From UHGV virus genome UHGV-0374065: a DNA stretch of 47,617 nucleotides. One strand, 5' to 3'. The notes beneath the pieces are model-generated. The model made no database searches and had not been told where the DNA came from. It was given only the letters and a program-made list of their open reading frames with translations. Shown here piece by piece: positions 12,892 to 22,100 of the stretch. Made by a program: the position numbers and the translations under genes. The DNA is from a virus. Numbering within the stretch: the stretch's first letter is position 1; each line of letters starts with the position of its first letter.

Positions 12892-13836
12892 TTATAAATT
12901 AAACTGTTTTTTGAACCATTCAGGCGTTTCCATTTCTATGACAGGATTACCCATTGAATAACCGGGCCACGAATTGGCTTTTTTGCACGCCTTGTAAATT
13001 TCCATAGCGCCATGCAACTGAATTCGACCGATGCGTAATTGCTCTTCAGTCAAGCGAATTAACGCAGGAATAAATGGTGCTTTCTTTTCCTGAACGAGAA
13101 GATTAACAGAGCGTGGCGCATGACCATATGCCGCAACAAACATGTCGTGCTGCATCGCCATTTTCATAAAGTACCCAAGTCTCGCAGCATGACGGAAAAA
13201 CTCTTCTGGCTTGGCGCTCACCGCTGTTTTGTAGTCGATGATGTCGCCACCTTTGGTAAGGCAGTCAAAGCGAACTTTTGCCTTCTCTCCGTTAAGTTCA
13301 CCTAGAATTGACACTTCAGCATAAGCACCAGCGAGAAGACTGCTGTAATAGCTGTTTGCGTGGATTACAGCACGCATTTGCTGAATAGCGTCATAATCAC
13401 CACCTTCCAGCATTTGCTTTCCTACAGCAGCTTTTTCAGCCTCTTCACGGATGACATCGTAAATTTTCACTGGCTCGCCAGTCGCCTGGATGATTTTGAT
13501 CACCTCAGCTTTCGACTTTCCTGAAAGTCCTTTGATGCCTCGTTCTTTTGCCCATGAGTTCATATCACTTACAGTAACAAGCAGGTCATCACCAAAATCT
13601 TCTTTGGTTGGCATTCGTGCATATTCAGCATCAAAACGCTCTGGTTCAAGCAACGCAGTATGGCTACCTGTACCGAATATAAGAGCTTTTGATTGCTCAT
13701 CCTCTTCGTCTTTGTATCGCCATGCTGCCGGGCATCTGTCAAGTATATTCCATAATCCAGAACCATTAATGTGCTCTGTGTCAGCATGATAATCCTGATT
13801 GCTTAATTCATTGTTGAAATAAACTCTCATCATCAC
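12892..13836 (-). CDS. PD-(D/E)XK recombination exonuclease (YqaJ / Cas4-like fold)
   Basis: 314 aa. Start overlaps HNH stop (ATGA). Lies in the recombination module next to Sak4 and SSB. Confidence 0.5.
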   Translation of the reverse strand: MMMRVYFNNELSNQDYHADTEHINGSGLWNILDRCPAAWRYKDEEDEQSKALIFGTGSHTALLEPERFDAEYARMPTKEDFGDDLLVTVSDMNSWAKERGIKGLSGKSKAEVIKIIQATGEPVKIYDVIREEAEKAAVGKQMLEGGDYDAIQQMRAVIHANSYYSSLLAGAYAEVSILGELNGEKAKVRFDCLTKGGDIIDYKTAVSAKPEEFFRHAARLGYFMKMAMQHDMFVAAYGHAPRSVNLLVQEKKAPFIPALIRLTEEQLRIGRIQLHGAMEIYKACKKANSWPGYSMGNPVIEMETPEWFKKQFNL

Positions 13837-14459
13837 TCTCCGTGGTTACAGAATTCTTTATGCATCTTTTCTCTGAATTTCATCACAGACAACCTCGCTC
13901 TCTCAATATCATTGAATAACCCAAGATGGTATCTTTTCCCGTTAACATCACAGTAAGCATGCCACTTTTTAACCTGTTTTTGCCAATACACACCTTTAAC
14001 TCCTGATGTGTTATTTTTTGGTTTTTTAGCGTTATACTGGTTCTGCATATTTGTTGCGATTCTTAAGTTGCAAATCCTGTTATCGTCACGCACACCGTTA
14101 ATGTGATCAATTTGACCTTCAGGCCAGAAACCATAATAAATCAACCATGCCAAGCGATGCGCGTAGTATCTTTTATTATTTATGCTTATCTCTATGTATC
14201 CGTTATGTTTTTTCCTGCCAGCGACACTACCCTTTCTTACACCTCCACCCGTCTTATTTCTAATGAAAACACCTGTTTCATGGTTGTAATTTAAGCTATC
14301 CAAAACAACATAACGTGGTATTCTTTTTCTTCTTCCTATGGTGTTTGACTCTGCACTTCCCTGAGCAAAATCTTGCTTTTGCAGTTCCGATAAACTCATT
14401 TCCACAAACCTCGCACTTCTTAACGGTGATAGCCATTTCTTACCCTCTATTGTAATCAT
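13833..14459 (-). CDS. HNH homing endonuclease with AP2 DNA-binding domain
   Basis: QIDHINGVRDDNRICNLRIAT (HNH_3) followed by NTSGVKGVYW...KWHA (AP2). One of four paralogues. Confidence 0.8.
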   Translation of the reverse strand: MITIEGKKWLSPLRSARFVEMSLSELQKQDFAQGSAESNTIGRRKRIPRYVVLDSLNYNHETGVFIRNKTGGGVRKGSVAGRKKHNGYIEISINNKRYYAHRLAWLIYYGFWPEGQIDHINGVRDDNRICNLRIATNMQNQYNAKKPKNNTSGVKGVYWQKQVKKWHAYCDVNGKRYHLGLFNDIERARLSVMKFREKMHKEFCNHGE

Positions 14460-14504
14460 TTTCCGTTACATTGCAAGTAACTTTTATTTGTTACTAACGA
14501 TACA

Positions 14505-14930
14505 TTAATCTACGTCATCCAGCAAGCCAAAATAGAAAAGCGTGGCTTTTTTTAATTCATCAAGCCCATAAGCTATGGCAGCATAATGACCAAGCCTGCA
14601 CATCTCTGTTAGCACTGCTGATTGATCCTTGCTCACCCTGCTTTTGCTTTTATCGCGGCGCTTTGCTTCAATCATCCCACAACTGTGATTTACCCCCGGA
14701 GTCATTATCACATTGTCGCCTATACCAGCCTTAACCCCCATCTTCTGGCGCTTCAGCACAAACTGCACCCTGCTTGATGTGCCAGTTTCGTTGGGTACAT
14801 GAAACCACAGAACATCAGGGAAGCGGTGTTGCATCCATGTTCCATAACCCATCTGGTCAGTCTCCTCTTTTGGGCATTCTCCTCGATAACCGCTATCAAA
14901 TACCCATATACCGCTATCAAGCTGCTTCAC
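14505..14930 (-). CDS. VRR-NUC domain nuclease
   Basis: 141 aa; FPDVLWFHVPNE...GVKAGIGDNVIMTPGVNHSCGMIEAKR is a PD-(D/E)XK VRR-NUC pattern. Confidence 0.55.
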   Translation of the reverse strand: MKQLDSGIWVFDSGYRGECPKEETDQMGYGTWMQHRFPDVLWFHVPNETGTSSRVQFVLKRQKMGVKAGIGDNVIMTPGVNHSCGMIEAKRRDKSKSRVSKDQSAVLTEMCRLGHYAAIAYGLDELKKATLFYFGLLDDVD

Positions 14931-14940
14931 TTTGTTATCC

Positions 14941-16839
14941 TTAAAATTCTTTTCGGTGGATTATGTCGCGACCTTTATCATTAATGCGATGCGTGATGCG
15001 TTTTGGCGCTTTAATCAACCCCGCATACATCATGAACTGCTTGGCGTTCTGGCATTTCAATATTTTCCCAGCCATTGACTTATCATCAAGGTGTGGGAAT
15101 ACAGCCTTTGCCTTGAACATGTTTTTCATGTGAGTTGCGCCGCCATAAGGGTAGAAAACTTCATTAGCCCAGCCTTCTTTGCCATCACAACGGTTAATCC
15201 AGTAGCGATATAAAATCCCCTCTCCGTCCTTCGTTAGTTGAACCTTGAAATCCATAACATCAGCCCACTCGTTATCTGTATAAGCACGCTCATTCAGTGC
15301 CGAATTAGGGTCGCGCAACACGTGATCGCAATGTCTGCAATAGCGCGCAGTGGGGTCGTTTTTAGTGCCGCAACCATCATCAAAAATCCGGATTCCGTGC
15401 TTATCAAAACCGCAACGGATGTAACTGAAAAATTCTTCGCAGCGACCATCTGGAGATAGCGGGTCTTTCCCTATGCATCGACGCGCATATGGGCTGTTCA
15501 TTGTTCCACATGTATGACACGGAACTTGTTCGCCACTGCGTTTTGAACGTTGCGCTTCAGCCTCTTCCAGAATCGGGTCTTCATACAGCTGACCAAGCTC
15601 AAACATCGTGCCAGAGAAATCAAGAACCAGATGGTCTTCTTTATGATACCCGGCATCAATTTGCTCTTTCTTCAGTAGGCGCATTCCGCGACCAAGAAGC
15701 TGGACAAGGAGAGTTAGCGACATTATTTTTCGCAATATGCAGCTCGTATCCCATAACGGTATATTTACGCCAGTGGTAAGGGCGGCTATCTGGAATGTGA
15801 ATTTTTTACGCCCGGTGTATGCATCTTTTAGAGCCTTCCTTCTGGCTTTTGACCCCATATCTTCTGTAACTATTGAATAACTTCCTTCGGGTAGGTATTT
15901 TGCCGCCTCCTGACAATGTTTTTTACCAGCACATGTAATCAGTACGCCGTTTCTGTTTTTAGTCAACTCCATAACCTTGAGCATGATTTTCTGCGTCAAC
16001 GTACCTTGCTCAAGAATTTCTTTCTGCATCTGCTTGAGCTGCTCGGCGGTAAAGTCCTGAGTACCATCAACATCTGAACCATGAAAATCCGAAAGGTCAT
16101 AATGCAGACTATCAACATCATGAAGACCAAAAATTGTTGGAACAAGAAAACCGTTTTCAACCATGTACTTGGTGTCTATGTTGATAATCTCTTTCTTCCA
16201 GAAAGCGCCTTTTATTGATGTAGTTCCGCGAAACGGTGAGCCTGTATAACCTATTATTCTCAACTCATGGCCATGCTTATCTTTACACCTTTTCATTAGC
16301 TCATTAATTATCACTGCATACTGCGTATCACCATTATTAACAACATCAATGTCATTAACCATATGATTTTCATCGATCAGCAGGAATCTTGGGCAAAAGT
16401 CAGAGAGCGCACCTTTTGCAATAACATTACCATGCTCATCTTTTTTATCAAACAAAGCATTTACAACAGTACCCTCAGAACCACAGATTATTGGGTACGT
16501 AGAACTTTTCCTACCCAACGAAGCACTGAATAGCGAGTTTCTAACACCAAGCAACCATAGCTCTTCCGCATCTTGCTCCACTATTTCGCCCTGTCTTGAT
16601 AAAATCATCCCTGAATAGCCCATCTCCTGAAAACGCTTTGCTATCATGGCAATCATCAGTGACTTTCCGCTACCGACACTTGCTGTTACATAGCTTGGGC
16701 CAACATAATGACGAATCACATCGCCAGTTAACTTATATATCAACCACTGATAGGGTCTTGGCTCGATATCACCAGTATCCAGATAAGATTTCAGCAGATT
16801 AATATCAATCTCTGAAATCATTTTGTCGATTTTATGCAT
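14941..16839 (-). CDS. SF2 DEAD/DEAH-box DNA helicase with C-terminal Cys-rich zinc-ribbon cluster
   Basis: Walker A SVGSGKS, DEAH-like LIDENH, multiple CxxC pairs near the C-terminus. The track ORF begins at a TTG; ATG 16839 (MHKIDK) with SD AGGA is preferred. Confidence 0.75.
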   Translation of the reverse strand: MHKIDKMISEIDINLLKSYLDTGDIEPRPYQWLIYKLTGDVIRHYVGPSYVTASVGSGKSLMIAMIAKRFQEMGYSGMILSRQGEIVEQDAEELWLLGVRNSLFSASLGRKSSTYPIICGSEGTVVNALFDKKDEHGNVIAKGALSDFCPRFLLIDENHMVNDIDVVNNGDTQYAVIINELMKRCKDKHGHELRIIGYTGSPFRGTTSIKGAFWKKEIINIDTKYMVENGFLVPTIFGLHDVDSLHYDLSDFHGSDVDGTQDFTAEQLKQMQKEILEQGTLTQKIMLKVMELTKNRNGVLITCAGKKHCQEAAKYLPEGSYSIVTEDMGSKARRKALKDAYTGRKKFTFQIAALTTGVNIPLWDTSCILRKIMSLTLLVQLLGRGMRLLKKEQIDAGYHKEDHLVLDFSGTMFELGQLYEDPILEEAEAQRSKRSGEQVPCHTCGTMNSPYARRCIGKDPLSPDGRCEEFFSYIRCGFDKHGIRIFDDGCGTKNDPTARYCRHCDHVLRDPNSALNERAYTDNEWADVMDFKVQLTKDGEGILYRYWINRCDGKEGWANEVFYPYGGATHMKNMFKAKAVFPHLDDKSMAGKILKCQNAKQFMMYAGLIKAPKRITHRINDKGRDIIHRKEF

Positions 16840-17102
16840 TACCAAATCCTCGCACCAAGACGTTCAATTGTTTGTTTCTTTGTTTCATCATCTATTCCGC
16901 TATAAAAATACATATAACTAAGATTCCATAGATAATCTTCTGGTCGCTCATCGGCAAACAAATCATCCCACTCAAAAATCCATTCTCCAGTTCTCTGTCT
17001 TCTGTATATGGTTAGCCATGTATTGCTTCGTGGCGGGTATCCGAAGGCAACAGGGATTTGCTTGCCATGAAAAATCCTCTTAAAAATGCTATCAAGGAAC
17101 AC
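16839..17102 (-). CDS. Hypothetical protein, first gene of the minus-strand replication operon
   Basis: 87 aa. GTG start with SD AAGGA. Downstream of minus promoter TTGATT-N16-TATAAG. Confidence 0.4.
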   Translation of the reverse strand: MFLDSIFKRIFHGKQIPVAFGYPPRSNTWLTIYRRQRTGEWIFEWDDLFADERPEDYLWNLSYMYFYSGIDDETKKQTIERLGARIW

Positions 17103-17165
17103 TGCTATATCCTTTTATTGATGTTTCTACGTCAGTTAGCTTATACTCAATCTACACCAACAATC
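17103..17165. promoter_or_regulatory. Divergent promoter region with two operator-like boxes
   Basis: Plus strand has TTGATG(17118-23)-N17/18-TATACT with TCTACGTCA in the spacer and AATCTACACC downstream. Minus strand has TTGATT-N16-TATAAG. Confidence 0.55.
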
Positions 17166-17177
17166 AAGGGTAAATTT

Positions 17178-18131
17178 ATGAGATACGACTGGAAAGACAT
17201 TGAGCCAAAAATGATCGGAAATTGGCAAGCTGCCATCATGTCTATCGTCAATGTGGATAGCAGAGTTTTCAATGGCAAGCACCAGCCATGCCCGTCATGC
17301 TCAGGAAAAGACAGGTATCGCTTTGATGACAACTTCGAAACAAAAGGCGATGGCGGCGCAATCTGCAATCAGTGCGGTTCCGGCAGCGGCATGAATTGGC
17401 TGATGAAACTCTCCGGAATGAGCTTTCCTGAAGCGCTGGAGGCACTTGGTGGATTCCTGAATATGCACCAGCGTGAAAAGCTGGAGGCAATCAGGAAAGA
17501 GCTACCGAAGATAAATCACAGCGATGACTTCATCACCGAGCAGGAAGTCGCAGCAATCATGGCTAAAACGACTCGTGTCGCGATGAATGAGTGGACTTTG
17601 ATAAATGGTATTGGTTGCGACGTTAACGTCACCAGAGGCAAATCTGGAGAACTTATTGCGGTTGAGATGATGCGAGCTGACACAATGAAACTGTGCAACG
17701 TGGCATTCATTGGCATGGATGGTGATTCAATCAGAACGTTTTTCCGCGCAGGATACAACAAGGACTCAGCCATCAACGGCAAACTCACGCGCGGCGCGAT
17801 AAGCCCAATCGGAGAAGACAACGGGAAGTTCATTTACCTGGTATCTGATTATGCCGATGCGTGGAAATGCCACTACTTCACTGGCGCTCATGCCTGGTGC
17901 TGCTGGTCGCCGGAAAACATGTGGGAGGTTGTGCGCTCGGTTAGCGATGAAACGAAGGCGAGATTGCGCTGCATAGTTAATTATAAATTCGACGAACTTT
18001 GCGCTGCGGAAAATGCAGGGCTTCCGGTGATGCTTCCTGATGATGCTGAAACAATAAGGATGGCAAAGAGAATCAGGAGAAAGATTTATGACGCTGGCGA
18101 GCTGATAGAGAAAATGCCAGTAAGCAGATAA
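17178..18131 (+). CDS. DNA primase (zinc-ribbon plus primase core)
   Basis: CPSCSGKDRYRFDD...CNQCGSG zinc-binding motif. The start was re-called at ATG 17178 (MRYDWKD, RBS AAGGG); the track ORF begins at 17058. Confidence 0.65.
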   Translation: MRYDWKDIEPKMIGNWQAAIMSIVNVDSRVFNGKHQPCPSCSGKDRYRFDDNFETKGDGGAICNQCGSGSGMNWLMKLSGMSFPEALEALGGFLNMHQREKLEAIRKELPKINHSDDFITEQEVAAIMAKTTRVAMNEWTLINGIGCDVNVTRGKSGELIAVEMMRADTMKLCNVAFIGMDGDSIRTFFRAGYNKDSAINGKLTRGAISPIGEDNGKFIYLVSDYADAWKCHYFTGAHAWCCWSPENMWEVVRSVSDETKARLRCIVNYKFDELCAAENAGLPVMLPDDAETIRMAKRIRRKIYDAGELIEKMPVSR

Positions 18132-18134
18132 AAT

Positions 18135-18160
18135 AAACCCTCCGACTGGAGGGTTTTTGT
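18135..18160. terminator. Bidirectional rho-independent terminator
   Basis: AACCCTCC-GACT-GGAGGGTTTTTGTT. Confidence 0.7.
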
Positions 18161-18465
18161 TATGCTTTGATGTTAACTTTTATTGCGAACACTTCCACCG
18201 GGTCAGGACCGAAGTGTGGGTGGGTGATGGTCTTAACCGTCCATCCATCGTATGGGATATCAATACGCCTGGATTTATCGTCCTTCTTTGGATATCCTTT
18301 TGTGATAATTAACCTTTCGTACTTCCTTCCAATCTGTCCGCTGTCTTTAAAGTTAATAAGGCGCTTCTTCCAGTAGTCATTAAAAAGGCGATACTCTTCC
18401 GTTTTCTCTCCGCGAATCATGGCATCGAAGTATTCACCTTTGACAGCAAGTTGCAGGTTAGCCAT
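18160..18465 (-). CDS. ASCH (PUA-like) domain protein
   Basis: AVKGEYFDAMIRGEKTEEYRL. Start re-called at ATG 18465 with SD GGAGGAG (TAATG overlap with upstream gene). Confidence 0.55.
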   Translation of the reverse strand: MANLQLAVKGEYFDAMIRGEKTEEYRLFNDYWKKRLINFKDSGQIGRKYERLIITKGYPKKDDKSRRIDIPYDGWTVKTITHPHFGPDPVEVFAIKVNIKA

Positions 18466-18722
18466 TACCGCTCCTCCAGTCTCCATACCGCCTGACCAAT
18501 CCGGCTGGCATAGGTGTCTTTGGATACCGCTCCGTCTTTAGCCAGCTCCATAAGAATTTTTCGCAAATCTGCCGAACGCCATTCTTCATCAGGAAATTCC
18601 TTCTCCATTGCCAACCGCAAATTCCATGTTGCTATCCTGAATGGATATTCCCCGCCGAGAGCTTTCTCTTGCAGGGCAGCCCGGGAACGCATCACCTGCA
18701 AAACCTTCTCTTTTACATCCAT
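18465..18722 (-). CDS. Hypothetical protein
   Basis: 85 aa, operon position, coupled stops/starts. Confidence 0.4.
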   Translation of the reverse strand: MDVKEKVLQVMRSRAALQEKALGGEYPFRIATWNLRLAMEKEFPDEEWRSADLRKILMELAKDGAVSKDTYASRIGQAVWRLEER

Positions 18723-18732
18723 TTCCTTACCC

Positions 18733-18924
18733 TCACTTAATCATCAATTTTGAAATGTCAACATAACCAACAGAAAATCTGTGCCAGTAATCATCAAGTA
18801 CGTGGTAATTAGATCGAATCCATACTTTGTTAATCCCAGACCAGAAAAACCACGTCGAATAACCATACGGTCTGAAATTCCATGAGCCTTCTGAGCGGCA
18901 AAGTTCGCCTGATATTGTTATCAT
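18733..18924 (-). CDS. Hypothetical protein
   Basis: 63 aa. ATGA overlap with upstream gene. Confidence 0.3.
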   Translation of the reverse strand: MITISGELCRSEGSWNFRPYGYSTWFFWSGINKVWIRSNYHVLDDYWHRFSVGYVDISKLMIK

Positions 18925-20477
18925 TTCAACCTCGGATTTATGTGAACAGTGTTTCCGATAAATACGCAGTAACCATCCTCTTCAAGTGATGGCAATACAC
19001 TTGATCTGAGTCGGTCATAAATTTTAGGTATCCCTTTGAATGGTCGCACGTTTTTAAGTGAATCATAAAGCCACTTCACCGTTACGCTATTTTTCCCTTT
19101 CTGAGCGGAGGAGCGTAGTTTTTCGGCAACAACATCAAACTCAGATCGTTCACCAGCATACCCATTTGATTCAACAGCATCAGTGAACGTTTTTGTCAGT
19201 GCGTCATAAACACTGATGGCGCGACTAATTTCATTTTCACCGATAATCTTTGAACGCTTTCCTCCATCGCACCAGTTTTCAGCAGCGTGAAATATTGCTG
19301 CCAGACGTATTATTTGCTTATCAGCTTTACCCATCGCGCCACGAAGAAGAACGTGGTCCCACTTACCGCCGGGAAGGAAGTTTTTCTCCCACTGATTTCG
19401 TAACAGGCCGATCATTCTTGCTGAGTCATTGTGAAGCGTCAGTTTTGTTTTTTCTGCTGACACAACATTATGTATAAATCTTGCATATTCCGACCTCAAG
19501 CTGTCTGGCATTGGCTTGCTTACAGGGCAATCATTAACCATGTCCCAGTGTTCGCGATAGCCAAGCATTGATTGCTCTCGCAACATCAGGAAACGTTCAG
19601 AAAGACCGTTCCCCCTGTCGCCAGCGGCAAGAATGGCATCAATACTTTCATCCTGCGCAATCACACTTATGTTTCCAAGCACGTAACCAGATGAAACGCC
19701 ACGACCAACACGAGCAGAGCCAATGAATCCGCCATCCCATCCCTTCAGGATGACTTCGGCGTTTGCCTTTCCACCTTCCTTTCCGTAAGAGAGGCCAAGA
19801 CATGTGTTAAGAACGCTTGCCTCGTCACTTATCAGATTAAAAAAGCCACCTTCATGGATTGCCTGATGCTGAACAGCCTCCGGCGTTGCGTCAGTAAGTG
19901 GGTATGTAATCGTATAAAGCTCTTCCAGCTTCTCCTTTTCCCGAGCAATATCGTCGCCGATTAGTGCCTTTGCATTCTGATTGCTGGCCTCTTTATATGC
20001 CTTCATCAATTCTTCAATGCGAAGATTTATTTTTATGATCTGCTTTTCCATCTTTTTGGAAAGGTTGTCATATTCAATCTTCACCGGATTCATGTGCATT
20101 GAGTTGATAGCGGTTTTCCCTGCTGATGGAGGCTGAGAAGTAACCACGTAAAGAGAAACTGGAAGCTCTGAATGGTAATACTCAACGCTAAAGTTTCTCG
20201 TCATTGCGCTGGCGACGCAACCAAGTAAATGCATGAACGATGTATTTATTGGGAACTGAACTGCGCGAGCTGCAGCGATTGCATAACGAGACAGCAAATC
20301 AGTCCTGTGCTCACTGGTCAGTTCTGTTTCTGAATACGTTACATCACGCTCCTTACCTTCCTTGATGTCCAGCCACATATTTGAGCTTGGTATCATGCCA
20401 TAATGGAAGGCAACGCGAGCCGGAGATACTTTCAATTCCCTTGCTTCGTTGAAGATGTCTTGAGCTGTGATCATCAT
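18921..20477 (-). CDS. P-loop replication-associated protein (possible DUF3987-type helicase-loader/primase partner)
   Basis: 518 aa. Walker A-like SQPPSAGKT. Encoded between the origin-like region and the helicase/primase genes. Confidence 0.4.
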   Translation of the reverse strand: MMITAQDIFNEARELKVSPARVAFHYGMIPSSNMWLDIKEGKERDVTYSETELTSEHRTDLLSRYAIAAARAVQFPINTSFMHLLGCVASAMTRNFSVEYYHSELPVSLYVVTSQPPSAGKTAINSMHMNPVKIEYDNLSKKMEKQIIKINLRIEELMKAYKEASNQNAKALIGDDIAREKEKLEELYTITYPLTDATPEAVQHQAIHEGGFFNLISDEASVLNTCLGLSYGKEGGKANAEVILKGWDGGFIGSARVGRGVSSGYVLGNISVIAQDESIDAILAAGDRGNGLSERFLMLREQSMLGYREHWDMVNDCPVSKPMPDSLRSEYARFIHNVVSAEKTKLTLHNDSARMIGLLRNQWEKNFLPGGKWDHVLLRGAMGKADKQIIRLAAIFHAAENWCDGGKRSKIIGENEISRAISVYDALTKTFTDAVESNGYAGERSEFDVVAEKLRSSAQKGKNSVTVKWLYDSLKNVRPFKGIPKIYDRLRSSVLPSLEEDGYCVFIGNTVHINPRLK

Positions 20478-20713
20478 GAAATCCTTTTTACGTAAACCAT
20501 GTCTTTATCAGGGTATCCAACCTTTGTTGAGAATTTCATTCCTTCATTCCTGCGCATGAAGTAGTTTAATGCGTTCCTCAGGTTTGCAATTCCTCCAAAC
20601 CTCTTCGAGTTAATCATCACAGTCTCACCTACTGAAACCGCCGACAACCCAGAAAGAGCTGCATTCTTTTTGCCGTACTTGTCAAGTTTCACAAAAGCCT
20701 CCAACAGCAACAA
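20474..20713 (-). CDS. Hypothetical protein adjacent to the origin-like region
   Basis: 79 aa, first gene leftward of the origin-like region. Confidence 0.35.
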   Translation of the reverse strand: MLLLEAFVKLDKYGKKNAALSGLSAVSVGETVMINSKRFGGIANLRNALNYFMRRNEGMKFSTKVGYPDKDMVYVKRIS

Positions 20714-20759
20714 ATTATAATTGAATCATATCATAACTATTGAATCATGCAACATCAAA

Positions 20760-21080
20760 TACGACTCACGTGGGTAGCGTGGGGCAGCCGTGGGGAACAT
20801 CACCTTCCCCACGAAGTTTCACTCTAAGTATATGTAATATAATATAATTATTATTATTTGGGTTAATGGGTAATATTATTATTCATATTATAGATAGTAA
20901 TTAACATAATATTAACAAATGGATTATTTGAATATATTTATAAGGGGATGGGTATGAAATCTTCCCCTTTTTACCCACGAAAAATAAAAACATTAAAATC
21001 AATTATTTACGATGAAAAACGTGGGGCAACTGACCTTCCCCACGACCTGCCCCACGGGTAAAAATTTACCCCACGAGCAC
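20760..21080. repeat. Origin-like region: nine CGTGGGG/CCCCACG heptamer iterons flanking a roughly 180-bp stretch that is over 80% AT
   Basis: CGTGGG(G) at 20769, 20779, 20789, 21019. CCCCACG at 20807, 20971, 21037, 21048, 21069. The 12-mer ACCTTCCCCACGA occurs twice. Hairpin AAGGGGA-N14-TCCCCTT at 20942-20969. TTGAATCAT x2 at 20731-20759. Confidence 0.55.
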
Positions 21081-21098
21081 GTTTTTAACGCATTCATG

Positions 21099-21128
21099 TT
21101 GACGTAGAATCACAACTGATGTAGATTG
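21099..21128 (+). promoter_or_regulatory. Early promoter TTGACG-N17-TAGATT carrying two operator-like boxes
   Basis: TTGACGTAGAAT then TGATGTAGATTG. Drives the small-gene array starting at 21158. Confidence 0.6.
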
Positions 21129-21157
21129 AACTCATAGGAACAAACGAGGGTGAAGAG

Positions 21158-21304
21158 ATGAGAATCAAAGACCGTGAAGAATTTGAAGATGCACAGACTA
21201 TGGCGCGCATTGAAGTTAACCGCACAAACAACAGCATTCCTGCAGAAGCATTCTGGAACGCAGCGATGCAGGCTTTAATCTCAGCGTATGGACTCAGCAA
21301 ATGA
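21158..21304 (+). CDS. Small hypothetical early protein (48 aa)
   Basis: RBS GAGGGTGAAGAG; MRIKDREEFEDAQTMARIEVNR... Below the track cutoff. Confidence 0.45.
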   Translation: MRIKDREEFEDAQTMARIEVNRTNNSIPAEAFWNAAMQALISAYGLSK

Positions 21305-21396
21305 CAGGCGCAACACTCGAACTTATCGCCAGTCTGGTTATCGTTGCTGGCATCATTATCGCAGTGGCAGTTTCCAAATCAGGGTATAAGGAGTGA
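21301..21396 (+). CDS. Small membrane peptide (31 aa)
   Basis: ATGA overlap; MTGATLELIASLVIVAGIIIAVAVSKSGYKE, one transmembrane helix. Confidence 0.35.
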   Translation: MTGATLELIASLVIVAGIIIAVAVSKSGYKE

Positions 21397-21400
21397 CAAG

Positions 21401-21481
21401 ATGAGCAACTGGCATAACGAACACATCATGCAATGGTATCGTCGCCGCATTAAGGCAATCATTAACTCTTATGAGGTTTAA
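21401..21481 (+). CDS. Small hypothetical peptide (26 aa)
   Basis: RBS AAGGAG; MSNWHNEHIMQWYRRRIKAIINSYEV. Confidence 0.3.
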   Translation: MSNWHNEHIMQWYRRRIKAIINSYEV

Positions 21482-21485
21482 CAAG

Positions 21486-21644
21486 ATGAACAACAAGCCA
21501 ATTCAGCCAACAGAAGAAATGATTGAAGCAGGTATCCGTGAGCTTATGGAAAACATTGATGTTGAGTGTATGACAGATGATGAGATGAGTGACACCGTGG
21601 TTTTCATCTGGCAAGCAATGTATCAGGCGCACACGGAGAAATAA
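21486..21644 (+). CDS. Small acidic hypothetical protein (52 aa)
   Basis: MNNKPIQPTEEMIEAGIRELMENIDVECMTDDEM... Confidence 0.4.
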   Translation: MNNKPIQPTEEMIEAGIRELMENIDVECMTDDEMSDTVVFIWQAMYQAHTEK

Positions 21645-21647
21645 CAA

Positions 21648-21830
21648 ATGGCAAAGACTATCTATCGTCGCGAGAAGCTGGAGCCTGAACTCGGTCACGT
21701 TGGCGCACAGAACTTTATGAGTAAGCAGGCACGCAATGCAATGGAATCTATCCGCGTGAATCGCGTTGTGCGCGTGTTTAATGGTGAAGGTAAGCGAAGA
21801 GTAATGGATGAGCTGATTATCGTATTTTGA
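21648..21830 (+). CDS. Hypothetical protein
   Basis: 60 aa, tightly packed in the early array. Confidence 0.45.
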   Translation: MAKTIYRREKLEPELGHVGAQNFMSKQARNAMESIRVNRVVRVFNGEGKRRVMDELIIVF

Positions 21831-21866
21831 CATCGATTCAGCAGGCTTATTTCTAATGGTGATGAT

Positions 21867-22100
21867 ATGGAAAAAGTAAAAACATGCGAATTCTGGTTTG
21901 TGCAGAACAAAATGTATGCAAGCAGGACAATCAAGAGAGTCAGCTGGTGGAATAAGTGGTTAATCATTTCCGGCTGCATCGTGCTGGCAAAGTGCAAATT
22001 CAAAGCGATTGACATCACAGATGAGGATGCGCTAACAATCGCAAAGATTGAGTTTGAAGAAGATGGCTATTACGAAGAAATTATGGGGGTTAGAGTATGA
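21867..22100 (+). CDS. Hypothetical protein
   Basis: 77 aa. Confidence 0.45.
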   Translation: MEKVKTCEFWFVQNKMYASRTIKRVSWWNKWLIISGCIVLAKCKFKAIDITDEDALTIAKIEFEEDGYYEEIMGVRV

